From assembly GCA_964517175.1 (NCBI GenBank), contig CAZFBU010000012.1, forward strand, positions 1 through 44,076: a stretch of 44,076 nucleotides of DNA. Direction: 5' to 3'. The stretch is from an uncultured Saprospiraceae bacterium. Lineage in GTDB: Bacteria > Bacteroidota > Bacteroidia > Chitinophagales > Saprospiraceae. This document shows positions 1 to 9,347 of this stretch, piece after piece; the stretch's first letter is position 1; every line of letters begins with the position of its first letter. The notes under the pieces are model-generated. The model was not told where the DNA came from and searched no databases. It saw only the letters and a program-made list of their open reading frames with translations. A program made the translations under genes and the position numbers.

Positions 1-74
1 ACATTCCGGAGTTGCCGGATGGGCAGCCGATTGGAAGCAGCCCGGAGCTGGGGTGTGGAAATTAGTAGTTATTT

Positions 75-107
75 AGTGATCTGATGACTTAAAGCCATCA
101 GATCACT
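75..107. terminator. Perfect 12-bp inverted repeat (agtgatctgatg...catcagatcact), T-rich on the + side. It sits just past the stop of the minus-strand repeat-protein gene, so it is a likely intrinsic or bidirectional terminator.
   Basis: The inverted repeat is read directly from the sequence. It lies 11 nt beyond the stop codon at 118. Confidence 0.45.
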
Positions 108-117
108 TTCCATATTT

Positions 118-1374
118 CTATTGTTTCTTTTCCAATGCCTCAATACGCGCTTGCTGCGCTTTGATCGTTTCATTTTGCTGAATCATGTACAGCGTCAGTT
201 CTTCTACTTTTTGCAATAAAGTCGAAGACATCGCGCTCAAGCCAATGCCATTTACTCTCATTTCGGCAGCAGAAGGTACGCCGGGCAAATGCTTGTTGGA
301 TTGAATAAAGTTATTTACTTCATCCAATTGCGGCAGTGCGTAGTCATTTTCAAAAACGAAATCCGCCGTTTGTACAGAGGCGCCATTGATTTTGATGTCG
401 CCAGAATTACCATCGAGTTCGATGATTTTCTCGCCAGCGCCATTGTTGACGTAGATTTCACCATCAGAGTTGCCGCCACCGAGAGATAGGGTTCCTGATT
501 TACCGATCATTTCCACGGTTACTTTATCGTTGCCATTACGCAAGCGTACAGTGCCTTCGTGCGCTTCCAGTTCTACACTAGTGATACCTTTGGAATTTTT
601 CATCATCAAATCGCCGTCATGATCTTCGCCGCCAGAGATGATATTGCCCGTGCCGCCATCGATGTGGAAAGTCATCTTGCCGTTGGCATCCATCATACGG
701 ATATCGGCATTATGACCGTTGCCACCAAAATGAATGTTGGCGTTGCCGCCGTCGAGGTGAATGGTCGATTTTCCATCTTTATCTCGCAGTGAAATATCAC
801 CTTGCGTGCCGGCACCACCGAAGATACCATTGCCCGTTTCACCGTCCAGGTGAACCGTGGTGTCACCTACACCATTTTTTGCGCGAAAATCGCCGTTGTG
901 ACCGTTGCCACCGGCGTGAACGTTGCCATTACCACCATCCAGGTGAATGGTTTGCTTACCTTGGTTATCCACGAGCGCCAGGTCGCCCTCGCTGCCAGCG
1001 CCGCCGAGCTTCATGTTGCCGGTGCCGCCGTCGATATGCACGGTCATTTCGCCTTCGGCGTGCATCAGGCGAATGTCGCCGTTGTGCCCATTGCCACCGG
1101 CGTGGAAGTTAGCATTGCCACCATCAATATGAACGGTGTTTTTACCTTCGGTGTCTTTCAGGGTTACGTCGCCCTGGTGTCCAGAGCCACCCAAAATAAT
1201 ATTGGCGGTACCACCATCCAGGTGCACCGTGGTGTCATCATTGGCATTGCGAAGGCGTAAGTCGCCGTTGGTACCATCGCCACCAGCCATAATGTTGCCA
1301 TTTTTACCTTCAAGAGATACTGTAATCTTTCCGCTCTCGTTAACTAATTTGAGCGATTCCATTTGATCTGCCAT
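118..1374 (-). CDS. Glycine-rich tandem-repeat protein. It has about 8 copies of a 31-aa unit (TVHLDGGxxNxxxGGxGxxGDxxL...), probably a beta-helix/solenoid. The C-terminal module is conserved (NKHLPGVPSAAEM...LLQKVEELTLY) and ends in a coiled coil. This resembles the C-terminal intramolecular-chaperone/collar region of tail-fibre-like proteins.
   Basis: 418-aa ORF. Strict 31-residue periodicity with alternating A/B subtypes. No signal peptide. Heptad coiled coil at the C-terminus (IKAQQARIEALEKKQ). Confidence 0.6.
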   Translation of the reverse strand: MADQMESLKLVNESGKITVSLEGKNGNIMAGGDGTNGDLRLRNANDDTTVHLDGGTANIILGGSGHQGDVTLKDTEGKNTVHIDGGNANFHAGGNGHNGDIRLMHAEGEMTVHIDGGTGNMKLGGAGSEGDLALVDNQGKQTIHLDGGNGNVHAGGNGHNGDFRAKNGVGDTTVHLDGETGNGIFGGAGTQGDISLRDKDGKSTIHLDGGNANIHFGGNGHNADIRMMDANGKMTFHIDGGTGNIISGGEDHDGDLMMKNSKGITSVELEAHEGTVRLRNGNDKVTVEMIGKSGTLSLGGGNSDGEIYVNNGAGEKIIELDGNSGDIKINGASVQTADFVFENDYALPQLDEVNNFIQSNKHLPGVPSAAEMRVNGIGLSAMSSTLLQKVEELTLYMIQQNETIKAQQARIEALEKKQ

Positions 1375-1502
1375 AGTAGAAATAAAATTTGAAATGTAGG
1401 AAAATTTATTTATCGCTATAAGTTGAGGTTTTTATTTCAATTGAAAGGGAAATGAAATATTAAATTTTGGTTAACCTATGGTTAGGAAAACGTAAAGTGG
1501 GT

Positions 1503-1928
1503 TTATCGCTTTAGTTCCACCCGCAGTTCAGGGTGGGTTTCCCAAAAATCCCGGTAAAGGGTTTTGCTGGGAACGAAGACAATTCGTTTGCCGAAAGTGC
1601 CCGGTACCCGCAAGTGAATGATTGCGGTGCGAAGAATAAGATAATTCCGGTGGGTAATTTTTTCCACATTGGAATAAGGATACTGAAAATGCTGGAAGTA
1701 ATTGGTTGCGTAGAATGCCTCTTCCCCCATCTCTATGCGCTTGAATTGAAAAATGGTAAAGTACATCAGTGCCAGCCCTCCCAAAAACAGGGATATCACA
1801 ATAAATTGCAAGGTTTGATTGCTGGTAAGGGTAAACAAAGCGATCGTTGCTGCGCCAAAGAAGGCAAACCAGAAGGTTGGCAGAAATAATTTGTAAAATA
1901 AAGTCAGATTTGTTGAAACTCTTTGCAT
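1503..1928 (-). CDS. Hypothetical small integral membrane protein with 2-3 predicted TM helices.
   Basis: 141-aa ORF with hydrophobic helices (FLPTFWFAFFGAATIALFTL, FIVISLFLGGLALMYFTIF). The overlapping + ORF has no such features. Confidence 0.45.
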   Translation of the reverse strand: MQRVSTNLTLFYKLFLPTFWFAFFGAATIALFTLTSNQTLQFIVISLFLGGLALMYFTIFQFKRIEMGEEAFYATNYFQHFQYPYSNVEKITHRNYLILRTAIIHLRVPGTFGKRIVFVPSKTLYRDFWETHPELRVELKR

Positions 1929-1932
1929 GAGA

Positions 1933-2793
1933 TTAGTTTCGATTTATAAGTGACCCTTCGCGTTCTTGTCGCTCTAATTGTTTGACAACTCTCGCAGAAA
2001 TCATAATGCTGATTTCGTACAAGATAAAGAGCGGTATGCCAATTAAAAACTGCGTAACGGCATCCGGCGGCGTGAAAATAGCGGCCACCACCAGCACGCC
2101 TACAATGGCGTGGCGTCGGTATTTGCGCATGATGTCGGGTGTTAGCAAGCCAATTCTGGACAAAACATACACCACCACCGGCAGTTCAAAAATAATGCCG
2201 CTCGGCACGGTAAACATCACCATGTAACCGATGAGGGAACCCAGTGTTGGGCGATTGACCACGCCCGCAATTTCGTACCCCACCAGAAATCGTACGCCAA
2301 AGGGTGCAATGACGAAGTAGCCAAACAAAACGCCGGTCAGAAATAATGCTGTACAGACAAAAACCGCACCGCGCGTGGCATTGCGCTCCTGCGGATACAA
2401 GCCCGGGCGGATGAAACGCCACAACTCCCCGAATACGAATGGAAAACCGACGATAAACCCGCCAATAATGGAAACCTTGATCGCCGTGATAAAGGGCTCG
2501 CCAACGCCGGTCGCCTGCGTGTCGAATACCGGCGGCGTAATGCACATCGTCTCGCCCAGCCCCAGCGCGTGCGACCACTGGCAGAATAAGCGATAGGATA
2601 AAAAATCTTCCCTCGACGGTCCGAAAACAATGGTACCAAATACAAAATCCTGAAAAATAAACAACACAATAGCTCCGACCAAAATAGCCAGCAGGCCGCG
2701 TATGATGTGCCAGCGCAGCTCCTCCAGATGATCCAGAAACGTCATCTCTTTACCGCTACCCAAATTATCGACATCTATCTGATCCAGTGGCAT
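1933..2793 (-). CDS. tatC: Twin-arginine translocase subunit TatC.
   Basis: MTFLDHLEELRWHIIRGL N-terminal signature plus 6-TM topology typical of TatC. The start may instead be the internal Met at 2745. Confidence 0.88.
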   Translation of the reverse strand: MPLDQIDVDNLGSGKEMTFLDHLEELRWHIIRGLLAILVGAIVLFIFQDFVFGTIVFGPSREDFLSYRLFCQWSHALGLGETMCITPPVFDTQATGVGEPFITAIKVSIIGGFIVGFPFVFGELWRFIRPGLYPQERNATRGAVFVCTALFLTGVLFGYFVIAPFGVRFLVGYEIAGVVNRPTLGSLIGYMVMFTVPSGIIFELPVVVYVLSRIGLLTPDIMRKYRRHAIVGVLVVAAIFTPPDAVTQFLIGIPLFILYEISIMISARVVKQLERQEREGSLINRN

Positions 2794-3083
2794 ACATTCC
2801 TCTTTTTTTTCGTAAAGCTTTGGATGGTTACTCCGGCCTGAAAGTTTAACCTACCGACTTGCAAAAGTAAAAAAAAGCCCGCAAGCTGTTGCTATAAAAA
2901 CTTTCTGAATCGGCTTTTGTTGCTGTTCCGGCGTTAAAATAGAGGAAAGTAATGCTGCTGTTTTGTCACATTCCTACTTTTTATGCAAAATTTAATACCC
3001 GATTTTCTGGTTTGCTTGCCGCTTTGCATTTTTCCATCTATTTTAGCTGGAATCATAATTCCCAATAACGAACACCAAACAAT

Positions 3084-3785
3084 ATGAGCACTAAACTACG
3101 CACTTGTCTGCTTTATTTTCTCCTGCTTGGTTCGGGCGCATTGACAGCCCAAAAAAGCACCGAGGCCGGAATTTTTGTCGGCATTGCCCAATACCAGGGC
3201 GATTTGTCACCAACACCTATTGCCGCCTCGGAAACCAACCTGGCGCTGGGCGGCTTGTACCGTTACTTGCTGAACTCCAACCTGGCGATCAAAGGCACGG
3301 TAACCTGGGGAAAAATTTCCGGCAACGACCGCAACCGCGAAAGCTTCCGCCCGGGCCAGCGCGAATGGTCCATGGAAAACTCCATTATTGAACTGGCGAT
3401 GCACTCCGAGTGGAACTTCTTCGGTACGAATCGCTATTCCGGCTCGGGCTTATTCGTACCGCGCTACAACCCGTTTGTGTCTGTCGGGCTGGGGGCGGCA
3501 TTCACCAATCTGCGCCTGCAGATGCCCGCCGAAGACCGCAGTAAAATACCCGAACCGGATGCCATTTCTACCTTCCTCGTCGTACCGATTTCTGCCGGCA
3601 TGCGCTTCGACATATCGCCGGATTTTCTCGTCACTGCCGAATTTGGCACCCGAGCCACTTTTTCCGATTACATCGATGGTATCAGTTATAACGGCAATCC
3701 GAACAAAAACGACTGGTACTTTTTCGCCGGTATCAGCCTGATCTACGTACTCGACGAACTGGTCGGCGGTAAGTCTGGCCGATAG
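3084..3785 (+). CDS. Outer-membrane beta-barrel protein (OmpA-like / DUF-type porin family) with a signal peptide.
   Basis: N-terminal signal (LLYFLLLGSGALTAQ). Alternating aromatic/hydrophobic beta-strand pattern. C-terminal ...YFFAGISLIYVL strand. Confidence 0.55.
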   Translation: MSTKLRTCLLYFLLLGSGALTAQKSTEAGIFVGIAQYQGDLSPTPIAASETNLALGGLYRYLLNSNLAIKGTVTWGKISGNDRNRESFRPGQREWSMENSIIELAMHSEWNFFGTNRYSGSGLFVPRYNPFVSVGLGAAFTNLRLQMPAEDRSKIPEPDAISTFLVVPISAGMRFDISPDFLVTAEFGTRATFSDYIDGISYNGNPNKNDWYFFAGISLIYVLDELVGGKSGR

Positions 3786-3863
3786 TTTTTCATCATTTTG
3801 TACAACTTCAGAGCAGCGAATACAGTTGAAAGAATGTACTTTCGCAAATTAAAAACACACATT

Positions 3864-4181
3864 ATGTTTGGAGATATGTTTGGAAACCTGGAGGAAAAAC
3901 AACAGGAGATGCGCGCGCAGCTCGCCAAAATTACCGTCGAAGCTCAGGCGGGCGACGGCGCCGTAAAAGTAAGCGCCAATGCCAATCGCGAAATCCTGAA
4001 TATTGCCATCAATAAAGAAGCCCTGGACTGGGAAGACGTGGAGCAGGTAGAAGACCTGGTGACGGTGGCGGTCAACCGCGCCCTGGAACTGGCTGCCGCC
4101 AAAGAAGCCGAAGAATCGCAAAAGCTCATAAAAAGTATGATGCCGCCGGGTATGGGCGATTTGTCTAATCTTTTTGGTTAA
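3864..4181 (+). CDS. ybaB: Nucleoid-associated protein YbaB/EbfC.
   Basis: MFGDMFGNLEEKQQEMRAQLAKI...VKVSANANREILNIAI...EDLV..A.N.A.. is the YbaB family pattern. The start was moved to the internal ATG at 3864 (MFGDMFG). Confidence 0.85.
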   Translation: MFGDMFGNLEEKQQEMRAQLAKITVEAQAGDGAVKVSANANREILNIAINKEALDWEDVEQVEDLVTVAVNRALELAAAKEAEESQKLIKSMMPPGMGDLSNLFG

Positions 4182-4276
4182 AAAATATTGCGCTGCCCGC
4201 TGCGTTATGGTAGTTGAACAAAACAACTGCCCTGCATTTTATTGGGCTGAATTCTAAAAAAAAGGACCATCATTCA

Positions 4277-5509
4277 ATGTTTCCCATGAAATACCGATTC
4301 CTTGCTCTTTTTACATTCCTGACGGTGATGCTAAGCGCACAAACCCGCGTTGGGCTGGTCGCCTACTACACTTTCGATCAAGATTTTACCGATGTAACCG
4401 GCAATACTGCCAATACGGGCATTCCCGAAGGCAGTCCGACTTTCGCCTGTGGCGTTCGCGATAGCTCCCTCCGTCTCAATGGGGTGAACGATCAAATCGT
4501 CTTCCTCGGACCGGTTACGCAAGAATTTGACACCGAAGACTTTACGGTTAGCTTTTATTTTAAAAACATTGCAACCGGCGGTACGCAGTATCTGCTGTCA
4601 AAATACAGTACCGACTGCTCATCCGAACGCTCTTTTTATGTGCGCTATGCGCCGCTTACGCGAACGCTTAATGTCTTTTTGGGCGAAAATCAGTCAAAGA
4701 GCATTTCCCTGGTGGAAAGAATCAATCCGAATATCTGTTGGAATCAGGTTACCATCATTCGGCAGAGTACAAGGGTTCGGTTGTATATCAACGGGCAATT
4801 GCGGCAGGAGCAATTAACAAACAGTCGCGTCAATATTCTCAACGACGGGCCGCTCATCCTCGGCAACAGCGAATGCCTGGGGCCAAATGAAAGAGGATTC
4901 TCCGGCTTGATCGACGACTTCCGCGTTTATTTTCGGGCGTTGGATGAACTGGAAGCGCGGGATTTGTACAGCGGACCGGATAAAATTACCAACCGCGACA
5001 CCCTCATTTTCCTCGGTGGTTCGGTGCCCATCCAATTATCAGAAACTTGCGGCACACGCTTCAGTTGGTCGCCGGCGGCAGAAGTCACGCCGCCCAACGC
5101 CCCGAATCCAACGATCACGCCAACCAATTCGGGCATTCAGTTCTACACGGTCGGCATCGCCGATGATGTTTCCGCCTGTGTGGCAACTGATACGATTCGT
5201 GTAAACGTGGTGGACCCGACGACGCTCGATTGTGAAACGGTCTTCCTGCCGCAGGCTTTCACGCCAAACAATGATGGCTTGAATGATACCTATGGCATCA
5301 GCAATCCCTTTGCCCTTCAGGAGCTGGTTTCGTTTGAAATTTTTGATCGCTGGGGGGGACGCGTTTTTTATACGGAAGATCCCTTCGATCGCTGGGACGG
5401 CTCGTTCAAAGGGCAACCCGTCAACTCCGGCGTCATGCTGTATCGCATCCGGCATATTTGCAATGGAGAAGAACAGGTGGCAACGGGTAGTGTGACGATC
5501 ATGCGATGA
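4277..5509 (+). CDS. Secreted T9SS cargo protein. It has a LamG/concanavalin-like domain plus a gliding-motility-associated C-terminal domain (T9SS type B sorting domain).
   Basis: Signal peptide MFPMKYRFLALFTFLTVMLSAQ. LamG-like core. C-terminus FTPNNDGLNDTYGI...FEIFDRWGGRVFY...WDG...GVMLYRI matches the CHU_C/type-B CTD consensus. Confidence 0.75.
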   Translation: MFPMKYRFLALFTFLTVMLSAQTRVGLVAYYTFDQDFTDVTGNTANTGIPEGSPTFACGVRDSSLRLNGVNDQIVFLGPVTQEFDTEDFTVSFYFKNIATGGTQYLLSKYSTDCSSERSFYVRYAPLTRTLNVFLGENQSKSISLVERINPNICWNQVTIIRQSTRVRLYINGQLRQEQLTNSRVNILNDGPLILGNSECLGPNERGFSGLIDDFRVYFRALDELEARDLYSGPDKITNRDTLIFLGGSVPIQLSETCGTRFSWSPAAEVTPPNAPNPTITPTNSGIQFYTVGIADDVSACVATDTIRVNVVDPTTLDCETVFLPQAFTPNNDGLNDTYGISNPFALQELVSFEIFDRWGGRVFYTEDPFDRWDGSFKGQPVNSGVMLYRIRHICNGEEQVATGSVTIMR

Positions 5510-5515
5510 TTGGCT

Positions 5516-6754
5516 TCACTCCCGCCGAATGGCTTCCACCGGATCGAGGCGGGCTGCCTTCATCGCAGGATAAGTGCCGAAAATGATGCCAATCAAAACA
5601 GCAATAATAGCTATCAGAAGCATTGTATTGAAAGTATAAGCAGCCTGAAATGGTACTTCGGTAATCATTTTTATGATGGGAATAGCAACCAGCGTTGCCA
5701 GGATGCCGAAAATGACCCCCAGCAAACTTCCCAAAAATGAAATCGTGATCGATTCCGAAAGAAAGAGCTGCATGATGTCGCGCCGGTTTGCACCCAGGGC
5801 TTTGCGCAGCCCGATTTCCGGCGTACGTTCCGTCACGGAGATCAGCAAAACGTTCATCACACCGATGCCGCCTACCAGCACCGAAATGCCAACAATCATA
5901 CCCATAATGACCCGGAAAACCAGAAATCCCTTTGCAGCCTGATCGACGCGAAATTCATTCGAAGAAATTCGAAAATCTTCGTGCAATTCCGGGAATTCTG
6001 CTTGCAGCGCCGTTGCCATTTTGTTTTTAATATCCGGAATATCCAATATATCGTGGGCCACAAAATAAGCGCTTGGCGGACTATCGGAAAACGCCGCCTC
6101 CGAAATCAATGTAAATGGTACAAAGACCTGCCCCCGCGGAACCACATTTTTCTCGAGAATGCCGATAATTTCAAAGGTCTCATCACTCAGCCGGATCGTT
6201 TTACCGAGCAGGGTTGTCGGTTTTTCATCTCCTGCCATATCCTGTGCCAGCCGATGATTGATGATCGCTACCTTTGATTGGCTTTGAACTTCCGAATTAT
6301 CAAACAACCGACCGTGTTCAAGTGTCATTTGAGGCATGCCAGGCAGATTGGGCAGGGTGGGCGCCACGCCGGTGAGCATCGCGCCGAAGGTTTTTTCGGA
6401 GCCATCGAGATATACTTCGCTGGGTTGCACAAAGGTGATGTATCCGTTTGCTATTGGGGCAACTGCAGTCTGCAAAACAGTAAATTTTTCAAAGTTCAAA
6501 ACAGCAAACGTATCTTTGGTCAGCCGAACGTTATTGACCATTTTGTGGGTTTGTGTTTCCACCTGAACATTTTGCAGATTGGTCGTTTGGTTGATTTGCT
6601 CTCGGGCGTATTTTTCCATACCGTCAATGAGCGACAGAATGGCAACCAGCGCCGCCACGCCAATGACGATGCCTAAAATGGAGAGAAAAGTGTGAAATAA
6701 GTTGGCGCGAATGCTTTCCAGCGCTTGTGCAAATGAAAAGAGTAATTTTTTCAT
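5516..6754 (-). CDS. ABC transporter permease of the FtsX/MacB/LolE family. There is no adjacent ATPase gene.
   Basis: N-terminal TM, a large periplasmic domain, a C-terminal 3-TM FtsX domain, and the terminal ...LDPVEAIRRE motif. Confidence 0.85.
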   Translation of the reverse strand: MKKLLFSFAQALESIRANLFHTFLSILGIVIGVAALVAILSLIDGMEKYAREQINQTTNLQNVQVETQTHKMVNNVRLTKDTFAVLNFEKFTVLQTAVAPIANGYITFVQPSEVYLDGSEKTFGAMLTGVAPTLPNLPGMPQMTLEHGRLFDNSEVQSQSKVAIINHRLAQDMAGDEKPTTLLGKTIRLSDETFEIIGILEKNVVPRGQVFVPFTLISEAAFSDSPPSAYFVAHDILDIPDIKNKMATALQAEFPELHEDFRISSNEFRVDQAAKGFLVFRVIMGMIVGISVLVGGIGVMNVLLISVTERTPEIGLRKALGANRRDIMQLFLSESITISFLGSLLGVIFGILATLVAIPIIKMITEVPFQAAYTFNTMLLIAIIAVLIGIIFGTYPAMKAARLDPVEAIRRE

Positions 6755-6874
6755 CAGAAGTCAGGTGTTTTTTTCTCTGTATCAAAATTCGCATACAAAG
6801 AAAACAACCCCGTGCCAGCCCATCCATCTTTTTCGATAAAAGGAAAAGCAACCTAGACCAATGAAAACCAGGAA

Positions 6875-7543
6875 TCAGTTATCAGCCGAGACGGCAGCCA
6901 ACGCCATGAATTTTTCTCTTGTCCAGACCTCGTCCGTATTGTAAAAACGCGGATAGTGTTCCTTCAGGTTAGCAATGATAAAATCCAGGGGTACGTCGGC
7001 AAAAGCGCCATAATCTTCCAGGTATTCCATGAATTTGCCCTCCGCTTTGTCAAATTCCTGGAAAACAGAGTCGTTTCGACCGTCAAAATTCAAAACTTCC
7101 ACGCCGAGTTTTTCGCATAGCTCCTGATTGAAAGCAGGCGTTGCTTTTACCCAGTTATCATTCAGCCACACCTCCACGTAGCCGTGAGGCGTCAGTTCGT
7201 CCGTGCCAAAAATTTCGACGAGCCGTTCGGCGGCGATGTGGTTGCGTACTTTGGCCAGGCGCAATCTTGCCGGCACACCAACTGCGCGCAGCAAGGCAAT
7301 CATAAGAATGGCTTTGTCCAGACAGTGCCCCTCTCTTCTGGCGAGAATACTGCTGGCGCGTAGCGCATCCGCGCTCATATTTACATTGTAGGGGTTGTAC
7401 TTCCAGCTATCGCGCACCATGTAATATATGCGCACTGCTTTCTGCATGTCGAGGCGGGCGCCGTTGGTGATGTGCTCCGCGTAAACTTTTACAGCCGGAT
7501 GATCGGCATCCAGCAAATCCGTGGCTTGGAGAAATTCATTCAT
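6875..7543 (-). CDS. Transglutaminase-like cysteine peptidase superfamily protein, cytoplasmic.
   Basis: Catalytic-Cys motif REGHCLDKAILMIALLRAVGVPARL, typical of the transglutaminase-like core. No signal peptide. Confidence 0.72.
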   Translation of the reverse strand: MNEFLQATDLLDADHPAVKVYAEHITNGARLDMQKAVRIYYMVRDSWKYNPYNVNMSADALRASSILARREGHCLDKAILMIALLRAVGVPARLRLAKVRNHIAAERLVEIFGTDELTPHGYVEVWLNDNWVKATPAFNQELCEKLGVEVLNFDGRNDSVFQEFDKAEGKFMEYLEDYGAFADVPLDFIIANLKEHYPRFYNTDEVWTREKFMALAAVSADN

Positions 7544-7579
7544 GATAAAATAGCGTATTTGGTTAAGGCTACAATTTGG

Positions 7580-7831
7580 TTATTCTGGTGACTGAGGCAA
7601 TTGTTGCAATAATTCAATGTATCGCTGTCGGTCGAACTGTACGTCCAGTTCTACGGCGCGGTTCATCTCGCTGGCTACGCACTGGGCCATCAGGTATTTG
7701 GCGTCCTTCTCCGCATATCCCATCGCCCGGAGGCGCTCAAAGGTTTGCAGCACTTCTGCGGGATTATTTTCCAACAGCTGGTTCTCCACTTTTTGTAAAA
7801 ACTGCCAAATAATAGCATCAAATTTTGACAT
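7580..7831 (-). CDS. Small helical hypothetical protein (84 aa). It lies in an operon between the crotonase and transglutaminase-like genes.
   Basis: ORF trimmed to MSKFDAIIWQFL... It is 7 nt downstream of the crotonase stop and on the same strand. Confidence 0.45.
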   Translation of the reverse strand: MSKFDAIIWQFLQKVENQLLENNPAEVLQTFERLRAMGYAEKDAKYLMAQCVASEMNRAVELDVQFDRQRYIELLQQLPQSPE

Positions 7832-7838
7832 ATTCCGC

Positions 7839-8612
7839 TTACGATTTTTGTTTGAATGCGGCAATTGCCTTTTTTGTAAAATCAGACAATACCAACTGCC
7901 CGCTCATGGCTGCGCGCTCCGCCAGCAGGGTATCCCAGTTTTCCGTGCCCGCCCAGATTGCTCCCTTCAGGTGTTGCATGGCTTCGGGGCTGGAAGCAGC
8001 CAGTTGTTCTGCCAGCGCTTGCAGGTGTGCATCCATCGTGTCTATATCGTCAAAAATTGCCGTGTACATTCCTTTGTCTTTTGCCCATTCAGCTGTTTGC
8101 CAGTTGGTCGCGTCAATGGCCAGTTGTGTAAATGCCGATGTACCAACTTTCCGCTCCACCGCCGGGCCCACCACGAATGGTCCGATGCCAATGGCTAATT
8201 CGCTCAGCTTGACCGAGGCGTATTTCGTAGCAACGCAGAAATCGGTTGCCGATGCCAGCCCCACACCACCGCCTACTGCTTTACCCTGGATGCGCCCGAT
8301 GATGAACTTGGGGCACTTCCGCATGGCATTGATGACGTTGGCAAACCCCATGAAAAAGCGCTTGCCGCTTTCAAGTTCCCGAATGGACGCTAGTTCGTCG
8401 AAGCTTGCGCCGGCACAGAACGTCCGGTCGCCCGCACTTTTCAATACAATGACCCGGATATCGTCGTTAGTACCTGCCTCGCGGATAGCCTCTGTCAGTT
8501 GTGCCAGCAATTTGCCCGGCATGGAATTGTGCGCCGGATGATAAAATTCAATCGTGCCGATGCCATTTTCCACCGATGTAGTTACAGCGCCCAGAAGTGT
8601 ATTGTCTTCCAT
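7839..8612 (-). CDS. Enoyl-CoA hydratase/isomerase (crotonase family).
   Basis: VIVLKSAGDRTFCAGASFDEL oxyanion-hole motif region. The length is typical for crotonase. The start was set at MEDNTLLG (ATG at 8612). Confidence 0.85.
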   Translation of the reverse strand: MEDNTLLGAVTTSVENGIGTIEFYHPAHNSMPGKLLAQLTEAIREAGTNDDIRVIVLKSAGDRTFCAGASFDELASIRELESGKRFFMGFANVINAMRKCPKFIIGRIQGKAVGGGVGLASATDFCVATKYASVKLSELAIGIGPFVVGPAVERKVGTSAFTQLAIDATNWQTAEWAKDKGMYTAIFDDIDTMDAHLQALAEQLAASSPEAMQHLKGAIWAGTENWDTLLAERAAMSGQLVLSDFTKKAIAAFKQKS

Positions 8613-8768
8613 GTTGCATATTCTTTTGAAACGAATGTTCGTTCGCAAAATTAACACTTCAGCCAGGGAAAACCAAAGCATTTCAACTAATCCTGCAATG
8701 TCTGGCTTTTAAGAAAAAATATTGTGAATCAATTGATTATAAAGGAAGATAATTCGGTAGAGAAGGAG

Positions 8769-9347
8769 CTATGGCTTCACCGGATACAGCCCGACGGCTT
8801 CGCCCACGCAGCGCAAGGCCTCGCGGATGTCGTCCTGCTGTTCGGGCAGTATTTCCAGCGTTTTCTTAAAGCCGGGATACATCACCCGAATCATTTTGAC
8901 CTTGTGAAAAGTCAGCGCGTAGTACACATCCATTGGCAGCACGCAGGTGTGCTGATAGATGCGCATATTGGTATTGCTGTCGAATTCGCCCTGGTCAGGA
9001 AAATTAGGCAGCCAGAAGACGCGATCATCCGAGAGAAGCAAGCCGATTTGCACGCCGTCTTTTGTCGAATAATAGCCACGTTCCACCAGCGCCAGCGTGA
9101 AGAAAAATCCGCTGATGCTGTCATTTTCCGTGTAGGTAATGAGTACTTTACCCTGATCGATCATCGTCAGGTTGCCATCATCGCCGGTGTATTGGCTGGG
9201 AATTTTATACCCCACGGATATGGGCTGCAATGCCACCAGATGGGTGCTATCAAAAGGATCAACTTCGTTTACCGCAAAATTGCACTGCGCCGAAAGCGCC
9301 TTTAGCACAAAAATGCTTCCTACCAACAATAAAAACAGCTTTCTCAT
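8769..9347 (-). CDS. Hypothetical secreted protein with a signal peptide.
   Basis: MRKLFLLLVGSIFVLKALSAQ signal. The overlapping + ORF lacks any features. Confidence 0.5.
   Translation of the reverse strand: MRKLFLLLVGSIFVLKALSAQCNFAVNEVDPFDSTHLVALQPISVGYKIPSQYTGDDGNLTMIDQGKVLITYTENDSISGFFFTLALVERGYYSTKDGVQIGLLLSDDRVFWLPNFPDQGEFDSNTNMRIYQHTCVLPMDVYYALTFHKVKMIRVMYPGFKKTLEILPEQQDDIREALRCVGEAVGLYPVKP

Noticed and set aside
289-1366. Multiple + strand ORFs (66-152 aa: 289-489, 559-792, 789-1112, 802-1260, 947-1132, 1136-1366), including His/Cys/Arg-rich and Pro/Ser-rich translations.
   Set aside because: They lie antisense to the 31-aa tandem-repeat gene. The repeats, with their GC-rich Gly/Asn codons, create long open frames on the opposite strand. 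The translations are low-complexity and featureless.
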